Assembly: GCA_965140585.1 (NCBI GenBank)
Contig: OZ223266.1
Location: 79,843-143,842, forward strand
Direction of reading: 5' to 3'
Source of the DNA: Spirochaetia bacterium
GTDB lineage: Bacteria > Spirochaetota > Spirochaetia > UBA9216
Length of the DNA stretch: 64,000 bases
How positions within the stretch are numbered: the first letter of the stretch is position 1; each line of letters opens with the position of its first letter. The notes under the pieces were generated by a model that was given only the letters and a program-made list of their open reading frames with translations, did no database searches and had not been told where the DNA came from. Positions 9,348 to 19,777 of the stretch are shown one piece after another. The translations under genes and the position numbers were made by a program.

Positions 9348-10815
9348 ATCCGGAGCTGGAATCAGCTGCGTAGGAGCGATTATATCTGCATTGATTTTGT
9401 TAATCACCTTATCCTGTACGCCTGTTTATGATACCGAATATCAGGCTTTTTTTGCAGCAGATGTTCAAAGATGCCTCTATATACTGAACGGCTCGGCTGA
9501 AAATCTGAGCGGACTGGATCTTGATGAAGGTGAAATATATAACTCACTGCAGACTGTCGGATACTATAACAGCAGCAGTGCCGTTCCCAATGACATCTAT
9601 CAGTATGGCGGAAGACTCTATGTAATTCTGTCAGGTCAGAATTCCATTGAAGCATATGATGCCGGTGAATCCGCCGATGATCAGCTTCTGGACTACCTGA
9701 CTGATTACAGGCATTATTTTAAAAACGGCTACAATCCGATGTATTTCATACCTGTTGACGGAACCTCATGGGTTTTTGTTTCCGGATACAAGACTGATGA
9801 AGTACAGCTTGTTAACCTTGATGATACTGAGACTGGCTACAGTTTTACCGCCTGCTTTGAAGAGGTTGATGATTCTTCATTTACACATTCCGAAATCCAG
9901 ACAACGCCGACTATAAAAAATGCAACAGGCGATAATAAAAAACGGGGCTCTACATCAGGCTCTGTTTATATCGACGGAAGTACAGGCTGGCTCTATGTTA
10001 CCAATGTCCGCTATGATGCGGGAATCCTGCTGACCGAAGGTGATACCCTTGCAGAGTACAGCGGAAGCAATGTTCAGGCGCCGGGAGAGTTCCGTGAAGC
10101 TACATTAAGTATCTTCAGTTTCAACGCTTCGGCACTTACCGACGGAGCTTCTGAATCTTCGATAAACCTTCAGCTGGTGTCGGAAGTAAATCTTGAGGAT
10201 TTTTATTATAGCGCTGCCGGTGGTCAGTACTTTCCGGGAAACGGACTTAACCCCCAGTCTTCATTTATTCACAACGGCCTGCTGAGCATAGTCTGCACCG
10301 GAACCAACGGCGGTTCTGTATCTTATTTCTCAGACTCTGAATACCTGCCGTACCTGTCCGGCTCAACAACCGTGCGGTATGAGGTCGGCGCTGAAAAACC
10401 CGGCACCAATCCCGACGACGGTGTAATTCTTGTCCTTGATTTAAGCAGTCCGGAAGTTCCTGTCTATGCGGGGCATCTGGATATCGGTGGTTCACCGGTA
10501 ATGTTCCGGGAATCCGTTGATGAATCGGGACAGACAGTCTACCTTGCCGGGGTAGGGGGGATTCAGTCTTTTAAATACGGAAACGGTTTTTCCAGCTTTT
10601 CAGTGCTTCATTCATCCGATAACATGATAATCGAAGCTGAGAATTCCGCATATGACTATTATTCAGGTCTGAGTTATGATGAGAATGATGATCTACTTTA
10701 TATCAGTTTTTTCAGTGAAGACAAAATAGTGGCTGTAACCCCGCAGGGAGTCTCTGCGGGTTCATGGATTTCCGGGGATGGACCCGGTGCTTTATTAATA
10801 TATAACAAAGAATAA
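9334..10815 (+). CDS. Beta-propeller (YncE/BtuG-like) lipoprotein
   Basis: Lipobox ITLS-C; repeated propeller-type strands (PNDIYQYGGRLYVILSGQNSIEAYDA, NPMYFIPV..WVFVSGY, WLYVTN, LLYISF); overlaps the TBDR stop. Confidence 0.65.
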   Translation: MKINRSGAGISCVGAIISALILLITLSCTPVYDTEYQAFFAADVQRCLYILNGSAENLSGLDLDEGEIYNSLQTVGYYNSSSAVPNDIYQYGGRLYVILSGQNSIEAYDAGESADDQLLDYLTDYRHYFKNGYNPMYFIPVDGTSWVFVSGYKTDEVQLVNLDDTETGYSFTACFEEVDDSSFTHSEIQTTPTIKNATGDNKKRGSTSGSVYIDGSTGWLYVTNVRYDAGILLTEGDTLAEYSGSNVQAPGEFREATLSIFSFNASALTDGASESSINLQLVSEVNLEDFYYSAAGGQYFPGNGLNPQSSFIHNGLLSIVCTGTNGGSVSYFSDSEYLPYLSGSTTVRYEVGAEKPGTNPDDGVILVLDLSSPEVPVYAGHLDIGGSPVMFRESVDESGQTVYLAGVGGIQSFKYGNGFSSFSVLHSSDNMIIEAENSAYDYYSGLSYDENDDLLYISFFSEDKIVAVTPQGVSAGSWISGDGPGALLIYNKE

Positions 10816-10832
10816 TAATGGAGAACATCCTG

Positions 10833-11728
10833 ATGCTGAAAAATAAAACCATTGTCATTTTCATCCTTCTTACTATTCTGCCTTTTACAGCTTTCGCCGG
10901 TGGCGTCAAAGAAGAGACTACCTTAATGGACAGCCGGTCTGAAACTGAGGCAGGCCCTGCAGCTGATTCTTCCGGGACTCTCAGGGTCGTTTCTCTGGGC
11001 CCTAACATAACTGAAACTATCTTTGCTCTTGGCAAGGGAGATCTTCTTGTCGGAAGGACTGATTACTGTGACTACCCTCCAGAGGCATTGAGTATTCAGT
11101 CAATAGGCTCAATTCAGGAACCGAATACCGAAATGATAATAGCCCTTGAACCCGATCTTGCTATTGCCTCTACTCACGGCTCAAAAGCGGCGGGAAACCT
11201 TCTGCAGCAGGCCGGTATTGATGTAAGATTTTACTACGCCCTGAAGAATTTGAGGGGCTTTATGATATAATCGGTAAAATAGGTGCAGACCTTGGAGCTG
11301 AAGATTCTGCTGAAAAGCTCATAACCGAATTAGAGGGCAGGTATGACGCCCTTGCTGCCGGTGTTAAATTGATGGACTCTCATCCTGATGTTTATTATGT
11401 TGTCGGCTTCGGTGAAGGCGGCGACTGGACAGCTGGAGGAGACACCTTTATAGGGAAGATGATTGAATCGGCAGGCGGAAATAATATAGCTGCAGATGTT
11501 TCAGGCTGGTCCTTTTCGCTTGAAGTACTTCTTGAGCGGGATCCTCAAATAATCATAATTCCGCTTGGAATGAAAGAATCTTTCTGCGGCTACGGGGTAT
11601 ATTCGCAGCTGACTGCGGTACAGGATGGAAGAGTTTTTGAGCTTGATGAAGACATTATTACACGGCAGGGGCCAAGGCTTATTGACGGGCTTGAGTCGCT
11701 TCATAATCTGTTTACCTCGGTTCAGTAA
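10833..11728 (+). CDS. btuF: Cobalamin ABC transporter substrate-binding protein, split by a 1-nt frameshift near 11238
   Basis: RVVSLGPNITETIFALG..LVGRTDYCDYP in the first frame; WTAGGDTFIGKMIESAGGNNI and RQGPRL in the second. Adding one base restores YY(G)PEEFEGLYDIIGKIG. Confidence 0.85.
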
Positions 11729-11755
11729 GATTGATTTTAATCCGGAGCTTCGCTG

Positions 11756-12776
11756 ATGTCTAAAAGAACCGCCGTTGTTATTCTGCCTTTTCTTCTGCTT
11801 ATCTTCCTCATTCCGTTTTCGGCATCATGGGGTGCCGCTGATGTGGGATTTTTAACTGCGCTTAAAGCTATACTGAACAAAGCCGGAATCACTTCGTTTG
11901 ATATCCCGCGTTCGGCACTTCTCATTCTTTTTTCAGTCAGGCTTCCCCGTGTACTGCTCGCAGCATTTGCGGGAGCGGGACTGGCAGCATCCGGTGTTGT
12001 CTTTCAGGCGGTATTCCGTAATCCGCTTGCCGAACCATATCTTCTGGGAATCTCTTCCGGGGCTTCACTCGGTGCTACTGTTGCAATAATATCCGGAGCA
12101 GGAATCCTCACTGCCGGCATAGGTATAATATCCGTTTCCGCTTTTATCGGTTCGGTTCTTACAGTATTTCTCGTTTTCGCTCTGGCCGGAAACCGCCGTG
12201 GAGATTTCGGTAAAATGCTTTTGGGAGGCATAGCTATCGGATATATCTTTCAGGCCGGAATTTCGTTTATGATGATGCTCAACCGCAGTGAGATAGACAG
12301 TATTGTAATGTGGATGATGGGAAGTTTTACATCAGCCGGATGGCAGAAGGTAATTCTCTGCGGCTCTGTTGTCCTTGTCTGCGGCGGCTTTCTTCTGGTC
12401 AACTCAAGAAAGCTCAATATAATGTCTCTCGGCAGCACCGAGGCTCACTCCCTGGGGGTCGATCCTCAGAGTACAGGAGCCTTCTTTCTTATAATAAGCT
12501 GTCTTATAATTGCAGCAATAGTTTCAGTATCAGGAATAATCGGATTTATCGGTCTTATCGTTTCCCCATCTTATGCGGATGCTTACAGGCCCTGAACACA
12601 GCCGCCTGCTTCCAGCTTCCGCAGCTGGGGGAGCCTGCCTTTTGATCCTCTCCGACCTGGCAGCAAGAATGCTTCTGATACCACAGGAGATTCCCGTCGG
12701 AGTCATTACAGCAATTCTGGGAGGCCCCTTCTTCCTTTACATGCTGCGTAAAAGCAGAAAGGCGGCTGCCTTGTGA
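11756..12776 (+). CDS. btuC: FecCD/BtuC-family permease, split by a 1-nt frameshift near 12561
   Basis: VRLPRVLLAAFAGAGLAASG..FRNPLAEPYLLGISSGA. Removing one T of GTTTCCCC restores IGFIGLIVPHLMR...EIPVGVITAILGGPFFL. Confidence 0.88.
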
Positions 12777-13565
12777 TTCTTAATGCGGCTGATGCGGTTT
12801 ACAGCTATCCTGAGGGCTTTTCTTTGGGGCCTGTTAATTTCTCGGCGGGTGAGGGCTGTTTCATGGTTATTCTGGGCCCCAATGGTTCCGGAAAATCAAC
12901 TCTCTTTTCACTGCTCAACGGTCTGATAAAACTTTCCTCGGGAAGTATAAAGGCGGGGCCGCGTAGTATTTCTGCCATTATTCCGGCCGAGAGAGCAAGG
13001 CTTATTGGGAATGATCCCTCAGACGAGTGCAGGGGACTTTGATTATACAGTCCGTGAAATGGTGATGATGGGACGCTATCCTTACCAGAGACTTTTCAGT
13101 CCTCCCTCGGATGAGGATAACCTGGTTGTAGACAGGGTTCTGGACCAGCTTGATATGAGTATGCTGTCAGGCCGCTCGGTCCGCCATCTTAGCGGCGGTG
13201 AGTATCAGCGTGTACTGCTCGGCCGGGTTCTGGCTCAGCAGACTGACATTCTTCTGCTTGATGAACCGGGCAACCATCTTGATTTAAAGCATCAGCTGAA
13301 AATGCTCGGCTACCTTCGTACAATTGCCGATTCTGGAAAGACTGTGGTTGCTGTGCTGCACGATCTTAACCAGGCAATGCACTATGCCGATTTCGGAATC
13401 ATGCTCAAGCAGGGAAAGACTGTAGTCAGCGGTAAGCCCTCCGAATTTATAACTCCTGCCCTTGTTCATGAGGTTTATGATACCAGGGTAAGTGAATATT
13501 TCTGCCCTGAAAACGGCGACCGGATTATCGGTCCGGCATCTGCTGGAGCTTCGGACAATGAATAG
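12773..13565 (+). CDS. btuD: BtuD/FepC-type ABC ATPase, split by a 1-nt frameshift near 13007
   Basis: Walker A GPNGSGKST in the first frame; LSGGEYQRV, LLLDEP and VLHDLN in the second; extra G in ATTGGGAATG. Confidence 0.88.
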
Positions 13566-14343
13566 AACAGCAAAGTATAATTTTGATTCCTTTACTTTCA
13601 CAGTAGATGTTGATGATGACTCCTGCCGTACTGTTTTCAGCAGAAGCGTTCCGGTCATCTCAACTGCTGTTCTGGGCGGTGGAATGAGCTCAGCTTCATC
13701 GGTACTTAATATGAAGGTTAGGCAGAACTTTCTCGGACTCGAAACAGACTTTGTTGAGCCGGCTGAAAGTATAAGACTCTCTGCCTTGGAATATGGACTT
13801 CCCGCACCCTGTATCGGAATGATGACCGCCGCCTCAATGAACAGTTATTGTGATGCTCTGATTCAAGAGCAGGAGGTACGTGTTTTCTGCTGTCTTACCG
13901 CGGGGTTTTCAAATGCTCTGGCCGCCGGTGACAAAGCTTCATTTCTGCCGGAGTTTCTTGCTGAAAAACATTCCTGTAAACAATCTGAAATTAAGCCGGG
14001 TACTATCAATATCATAGCCGGGACTAATATTCCGCTTGCTCCGCAGGCAGCCTGTGAGGCCTTGATGATATGCAGTGAAGCCAAGACTGCCCTCATTCAC
14101 GAACGCGGAATAAAAAGTACAGTTTCTGAAATGTATGCCACCGGAACAGGTACCGATTCAATCCTAGTTTTTTCTGCACCTGCAGCGGCATTTGGCGGTC
14201 CGGAAGGTTTCGGCAGCGAAGGAGAAAAATACTGCGGAAAGCATACAAAACTCGGTGAACTTTTTGCCCGTGCGGTCCGGCAGGCTCTTGGCGGCTCAAT
14301 TGATATTCTAAGCTCAGCAGGATTCGTGGTTACTGAAGTATAA
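13558..14343 (+). CDS. cbiZ: Adenosylcobinamide amidohydrolase (cobamide salvage/remodelling)
   Basis: IGMMTAA, TAGFSNA, GTINII, EAKTA, ATGTGTDS, GKHTKLGEL motifs; ATG 13558 overlaps the btuD end. Confidence 0.9.
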   Translation: MNRTAKYNFDSFTFTVDVDDDSCRTVFSRSVPVISTAVLGGGMSSASSVLNMKVRQNFLGLETDFVEPAESIRLSALEYGLPAPCIGMMTAASMNSYCDALIQEQEVRVFCCLTAGFSNALAAGDKASFLPEFLAEKHSCKQSEIKPGTINIIAGTNIPLAPQAACEALMICSEAKTALIHERGIKSTVSEMYATGTGTDSILVFSAPAAAFGGPEGFGSEGEKYCGKHTKLGELFARAVRQALGGSIDILSSAGFVVTEV

Positions 14344-15315
14344 CGGGTTTTTCTGTTTTAATTCTTCTATCTTTTGTTCAGTCTGTTTCAGATGCGCGAT
14401 GTAGTTCTGAGACTCAGGGTTTAAAGGCCGGTGATTAAGCGACTTCAGAAGTTTTGTATAGCCGTCCAGAAACTCAAGGTATTGCGGAGTAAAAACAGAA
14501 TTTATAAATCTTGAAAGAATGTACTCAACAGCTTCATCTGAAGGGTGGCAAAGATCTTTGGCATACCAGCGGTAGTCGCGAAGTTCATCCATCATAATCT
14601 CGTATGATGGAAAATACCATGAGCCTTCCGAATCATTTTTCACCGCTTCATCTATTGCGCAGCGCAGGACGGCCTTGCTCAGTGAATTTTCAGCAGGCTT
14701 ATCACGCAGATGTCTTACGGGGCTCAGTGTCCATATGATGCGGATACCCGGATTCAGTTTGCGCAGTTTGCTGATTATAGACCGCATATTTTCTGACGCC
14801 TCATCAACGCTGAACATTTCCCGGGCAAAGGTTCCGGCGGATTGCTTGTGGCAGTTATTCACAATCATACCGGTTTTTAAGTGCCTGTAAACAGCTGCTG
14901 TTCCCGCGGTTATTATAATGGCTTCAGCGCTTTCAAGAAATCTCCTGCATTGAGTAAGCGCTCTGTTGAGCATACCGCTGAATATTTCTGCATCTTCGCC
15001 ATAGATTAGAGAGTGAAACATGTAGTGATAATATATTCCATCCCTTTCCAGAAGATCGGAAGGCTTTATCTCGCGGGATTCAATAACCAGTGCAAATGCA
15101 GTTTTCATGGCCGCAGGGTTGTAGATATTTCCAAAAGGGGTTATCTGCACGTTCAGATTGGCAGTATGGAGTTCGTGGTACAGATAGTCAGCAAAACATG
15201 AGCCGGAGAACATTATGCCCCTGCCTTCAAGCCTCCATTCCGGCGGCTTGAAGTTTACTGCGGAGATCTTTCTTCCTGTAAAATCATCAGAGTTTTTATA
15301 TGAGAGAGAAATCAT
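14314..15315 (-). CDS. GSCFA domain-containing protein (SGNH-like)
   Basis: GSCFA, PFGNIYNP, VNNCHK, TLSPVRH, SKAVLR, YFPSYEIMMDELRDYRWY motifs; start uncertain; convergent 30-bp overlap with cbiZ. Confidence 0.88.
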   Translation of the reverse strand: MISLSYKNSDDFTGRKISAVNFKPPEWRLEGRGIMFSGSCFADYLYHELHTANLNVQITPFGNIYNPAAMKTAFALVIESREIKPSDLLERDGIYYHYMFHSLIYGEDAEIFSGMLNRALTQCRRFLESAEAIIITAGTAAVYRHLKTGMIVNNCHKQSAGTFAREMFSVDEASENMRSIISKLRKLNPGIRIIWTLSPVRHLRDKPAENSLSKAVLRCAIDEAVKNDSEGSWYFPSYEIMMDELRDYRWYAKDLCHPSDEAVEYILSRFINSVFTPQYLEFLDGYTKLLKSLNHRPLNPESQNYIAHLKQTEQKIEELKQKNPLYFSNHESC

Positions 15316-17652
15316 AGTTGAAATCAGTCTCCTTGTCTCCCGGGGTTTCACGGCTGAAATCATAAAAGGATGAGCAGCCCTTCTGTTCAGGAAGCGAAAG
15401 CACTTCCTGCGGAAAAATACAGGACAGAAAGCCTGGTTGGTCATGAACTGAATAATCTATATCCTGCTGTGCCGGTGTTGCTACAGTAAAGAATTTACCC
15501 CGGCTGTCGTTGATGCTTCCTTCGACAGAAACCGAGGCTCTGGTTGCAAGCAGGAAGGGCTTTCCCCTTCTGTATATCTCAGCTTTTAACGGCCAGTGCT
15601 TCAGTGCTTCAGTTACTGCTTCATGATCAAGCTCAAGCCAGAGCTGAACCTTATCTGCTCCTGCTTTTTTAAGCTGTTCAGCAGCGTAGCTGTTTGCCGC
15701 AGCCAGCGGAAATCCGGAACTGATAGATATCTCCGGTTCAGGAACCCCTTCAGTATTAATTCCGCCTTCTGTAATCCCGGCTTCCTTTAGAAGATTTATA
15801 TGCGCTATGGATGAAATTCTGAATCTTCTGATACCCTTGCGGTAGGCTTCAATGATTTCTTCTTTCAGATCGGCAAGCCGGGCCTCGGGACAGAAGAATG
15901 GCAGAAGCAGTTCTTCTCCGCTTTTTGCTGCCTGCGTTAAATCTGCTGCCTTGATGAAATCTGAAAGCCCTGTGTTCCGAACTCTGTTGCCGGGGTTGTA
16001 AACAGTCTGCTCCTGCTGTGCCTCCGGGGTTATACTGATTCTCCGCAATTCTTCTTTTTTTCTCTGATCATTATTAAAATCTTCAAGCCAGCTGCTGCCG
16101 TCCTTCGATTCAAGAAGCGGAGATATCTGTTCAGCAGCCCATTCCCAGAAGCCCCGGCGAAGCTTTTTAAGTCTTCCCGCAGGTAAAAACAGCTCACCGG
16201 TAATTTCTGCATCCAGTCTGCCAAGGCGTATTCTGGCTTCCCTTGTTGCAGTAAAGGCTTCCTGTAAATTATCTTCCGACAGCGGATGCTGCTGCGCCGT
16301 GTCAATTTCACTGCTGTCTTCCCAGACAAGAGCCTTTCCGGGTGAGGCTCCGTTTATACCGCTGATCGAAATTTCCATTCCGGAATTACTCACCTTTATG
16401 CGGATATCTATTTCTGCAGGCTTGGAGTATAAAGGAAGATCCTTCGGAACTTTTACAGCCTCTTTTGATGTATCTCCAATTTTATAAATACGACCGCTTT
16501 GTGCGATTTCCTTATCGCAGTTGATAAAAACCTTATCGCCCTTAACCGCCAGGTTAACCTGCTGCCGGTTTTTACTCATCTTTGTTATGGTGAAGGCAGG
16601 ACCTTCGTCTCCGGTTTTTGTTTGTATTCTGATTCTGTCGCCGATATGCATCCGGCGGCTTACTGATGCTGTAAAGCCTCCATTCGCTGTTTTTACTACC
16701 TCGCCGGCAAGCATTCCCGATACACCGGGTGATTCATAGTGAATCAGACCGGCCATATCATCTTCGGATATGAAACCGTGCGACCATTTTCTACCGTAAG
16801 AATTTGACAAGATATTTCTGGCTTCACCAAGTGTTCTGCTGCGCTGGCTTCTGTCGCAGTCGAGCATCATACGGTAGGCGGTAACCACGTTCTTCACGTA
16901 GTCAGCCTTTTTCAGGCGGCCTTCAATTTTTAGAGAAGCAACCCGGCTTCAGTAAGTTCATCCAGCATATCCAGGCTGTAATAATCCTGAGTACTGAAGA
17001 AGAACCCGCTTTTTTTTGTTCCGTTTTCATCGCTGTGAAAGCGTCTGCGGCAAGGCTGTTTACACCGCCCCCTGTTTCCGCTCCAGCCTCCCATCCATGA
17101 TGAAAATAGACAGTGTCCGGATACCGAGCAGCAAAGCGCTCCGTGAACAAAGACTTCTATCTCAAGAGGTGAGGCCTCTATAATTGATGAAAGTTCGGTC
17201 ATGGTAATCTGGCGTTCGAGTATCACACGTTCAATACCGAAGGATTGGGCGGTCTTAACCCCGGCACTGTTATGTATACCCATCTGGGTTGAGCCGTGGA
17301 GTGTAAGCTGAGGAAAATATCGTTTTAGAAATAGAGCAGCGCCGATATCCTGTATGATAACCGCATCAGGCTCCAGGCCTGCTATCTTTTCAACTGATCG
17401 CCCGAAATCTTCAAGTTCATTTTCCTTGATAAGTGTATTGAGTGTCAGATAGAGCTTCTTTCCGAGTTTTTTCGTATGTGCTGACAGTCTGGACATGTCA
17501 TCAAAGGTGAAATTTTCGCCCATCTCACGGGCGTTAAAGCGGCTTATTCCGGCATAGACCGCATCAGCTCCGCTCTGAAATGCTGCAATTGCACATTCCA
17601 GGTTTCCGGCCGGAGCCAGCAGTTCCGGTTTTATTTTATCTTTTGCTTTCAT
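15296..17652 (-). CDS. U32-family protein (long RlhA/collagenase-like RNA hydroxylase type), split by a 1-nt frameshift near 16943
   Basis: PELLAPAG, GADAVYAG, EVFVHGALCCSVSGHCLFSS..SGNRGRCKQPCR. Adding one G to GCC GGG TTG restores AGVASLKIEGRLKKADYV and joins ORF 15296..16897. Confidence 0.85.
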
Positions 17653-17696
17653 TCTCCACTATCATACATTTCCGGAGGGCATAATTACAAGACCCG

Positions 17697-18320
17697 TCAG
17701 TAGTCCAGATCATCCAGAGATATTGAAAGGGTATATGTTGAGCAGAGATCTACACCCCATTTCGTATAGGTGTCGCCATCTTCATCAACCATCCTGATAT
17801 CAAAACTGCAGTGATCGCCGTAACCTGTAAAGCTGATAAAGTAAGAGTCTCCGGCAGCGAGTATTTCCCCCTCACCAAGAACATCTTCTTCCCAATCATC
17901 TGCGTAGTCGGGTGATACATAGATATAATAGATATCAAAGCCGGTATCATTCTGAATAGTGAAGTCCTGAACACCGCTTTCAGAGTCATCGACATAAAGA
18001 TCGTCAATTGTGAAGACAACCTTGCTTCCGCTGCAGCTGTCAAAAGACCATATTATATAGGCGTCATCTTCTTCATCCACAGCTCTTATGTCAAGATCAC
18101 AGACATCGTAACCATCGATGTCCAGTTTTATATTCCCGCCGTCAAGCAGTACATCATCACCAAGAACATCTTCTCCCCATTCATCAGAATCTGATGGAGA
18201 AACCTGAAGGTAGTAGAGATCATATCCTGTTTTATTGATTACAACGATTGAATCAGCAGAAGCAGCTGAAGCTGTGAACAGCAGAATTAAAAGTAATGCC
18301 GCAGATATCTTTTTGATCAT
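17697..18320 (-). CDS. Secreted acidic protein with two tandem ~85-aa repeats, function unknown
   Basis: Signal peptide ...ASASA; repeat consensus NxTGxDxYYxxVSPxxxDxWxEDVLG...CxxDIRxVDExxDxY...DxC. Confidence 0.8.
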   Translation of the reverse strand: MIKKISAALLLILLFTASAASADSIVVINKTGYDLYYLQVSPSDSDEWGEDVLGDDVLLDGGNIKLDIDGYDVCDLDIRAVDEEDDAYIIWSFDSCSGSKVVFTIDDLYVDDSESGVQDFTIQNDTGFDIYYIYVSPDYADDWEEDVLGEGEILAAGDSYFISFTGYGDHCSFDIRMVDEDGDTYTKWGVDLCSTYTLSISLDDLDY

Positions 18321-18381
18321 TGATTTCCTCCTGATATCTTCAGTATATGAAATCCTAATATCTGGAGCAAATTTTGAAGTC

Positions 18382-18412
18382 CTGATACAGGCTCTTTTTT
18401 TGCCTGTATCAG
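18382..18412 (-). terminator. Hairpin downstream of the PadR-HAAS pair
   Basis: CTGATACAGGC-N9-GCCTGTATCAG. Confidence 0.55.
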
Positions 18413-18428
18413 TTAATCTGCCGCTTTC

Positions 18429-19436
18429 CTAAATTCTGCCGGAAGGGAGTATGGTTATGACTTTTCTGACAATGCTTATAAGTGTCAGAACAATCAGCAG
18501 AAGTAAAATTCCTGTGTACATTTTTCCAACAAGCGGAACAAGATCCGTCAGCCCGGCTTTAATAAATCCGTCCATCATAAGCAGAGCGGAGGGCCCTTTA
18601 TACAGAAGTACAGAAAACATTCCAATGTCAAATAGTTCAAGAGCAGCGGTGGAAATGCTGTAATAATAGGTTCTGTTACGTCCGTTTTTAGTCCCCCTGC
18701 CTGCAATCAGCGTTATCAGTATCACCGCACCTGCAGCAAGCCTCAGTGTGAAAACCGGAAGCAGGTTGTATATGAAGGGGGAGAGTACCGGTGTAAAAAC
18801 AGTAGGCTCAGCGCTGAAATCATAGATGCCTATTTTTGAGATAAACAGGTTCATAATAATGATCAACACAGCAGCAGCTGCAATAGTGGCTATAATCTCC
18901 GCCTTTCCCGGGATTTTTGTTTTGATAGAAGGAAGTTCACTGAGTTTCCAGTCTCCGTCATCAATCGAAAAGCTTTTTTTATCTTTAACAAGTCTGTCAA
19001 TTACTATGAATACAATAAATACTGTCCCGGTTACCTGCAGCAGAGAGCTGAATATCTCAAGGATCCGATGTAAGATCTCCATTCCGGTCATTTTTCCCAT
19101 AAAAAAGACCCCGGTCAAAAGTGACACAGAGAAGGTTACTATCAGCACTATCTGAAGGACCATTTTGAAAAACGGCATCAGTTCATTGCTGATCAGAGGT
19201 CTTTCCTCCCGATAGCGTGCAGCTATCCTTGCCGGTTTTCCGATTTTTCTTAATACCGGTTCAAGTATTTCCAGGTTAATCCTGCTTTCAGGATTTCCAG
19301 TTTCCTCCTCGAGCATATCGAGAATTGTAGATTCAAGTTCTCTGGAAATATCCATACGTTTTTTCATTGGCAAATGCCTTGATACCGCATGCAGGTAACG
19401 TTCTAAAATATCTTCGCTTTTACTGTCAAAAGTCAT
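18429..19436 (-). CDS. HAAS-domain membrane protein (PadR partner)
   Basis: N-terminal ERYLHAVSRHLP...DISRELESTILDML...IGKPARIAARY followed by several TM helices; ATGA overlap with PadR. Confidence 0.8.
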   Translation of the reverse strand: MTFDSKSEDILERYLHAVSRHLPMKKRMDISRELESTILDMLEEETGNPESRINLEILEPVLRKIGKPARIAARYREERPLISNELMPFFKMVLQIVLIVTFSVSLLTGVFFMGKMTGMEILHRILEIFSSLLQVTGTVFIVFIVIDRLVKDKKSFSIDDGDWKLSELPSIKTKIPGKAEIIATIAAAAVLIIIMNLFISKIGIYDFSAEPTVFTPVLSPFIYNLLPVFTLRLAAGAVILITLIAGRGTKNGRNRTYYYSISTAALELFDIGMFSVLLYKGPSALLMMDGFIKAGLTDLVPLVGKMYTGILLLLIVLTLISIVRKVITILPSGRI

Positions 19437-19771
19437 CTTATTATTCCCTCCATAGTGGAATTCTGTTCAAGCCAGTACTGTTTAAGCTTCAGATACATTC
19501 GCTCCCCGTCTTCGCTTGTACTGTAGTATTTGCGGGGTCGGGAGCCTTCAAGGATCCATTCGCTTTTTAAAAGTCCCTGTTCCTCAAGGCGTCTTAAAAG
19601 CGGATACAGGGTATCCTGAGTAATTGTAAAATTTGAGTCATTCATATCCTTAAGAAGTTCATACCCGTATTTTGGTTTTTCAAGCAGCGACAATGCGGCA
19701 ATTACCAGTACACCGCGCCTCAGCTCCTGTCCAAGTTTGTTAAACAGTTCTTTGCTTACATCATTGTTCAT
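19433..19771 (-). CDS. PadR-family transcriptional regulator
   Basis: QELRRGVLV..KYGYELL..TLYPLLRRLEEQGLLKSEW..RPRKYY; start reassigned to ATG 19771. Confidence 0.92.
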   Translation of the reverse strand: MNNDVSKELFNKLGQELRRGVLVIAALSLLEKPKYGYELLKDMNDSNFTITQDTLYPLLRRLEEQGLLKSEWILEGSRPRKYYSTSEDGERMYLKLKQYWLEQNSTMEGIIR

Positions 19772-19777
19772 AAATGT

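Noticed and set aside
11238-13009. Programmed frameshifting or phase variation in btuFCD
   Set aside because: No slippery heptamers or long repeats; indels have mixed sign and sit in 2-4 nt runs; the same pattern occurs in the unrelated U32 gene
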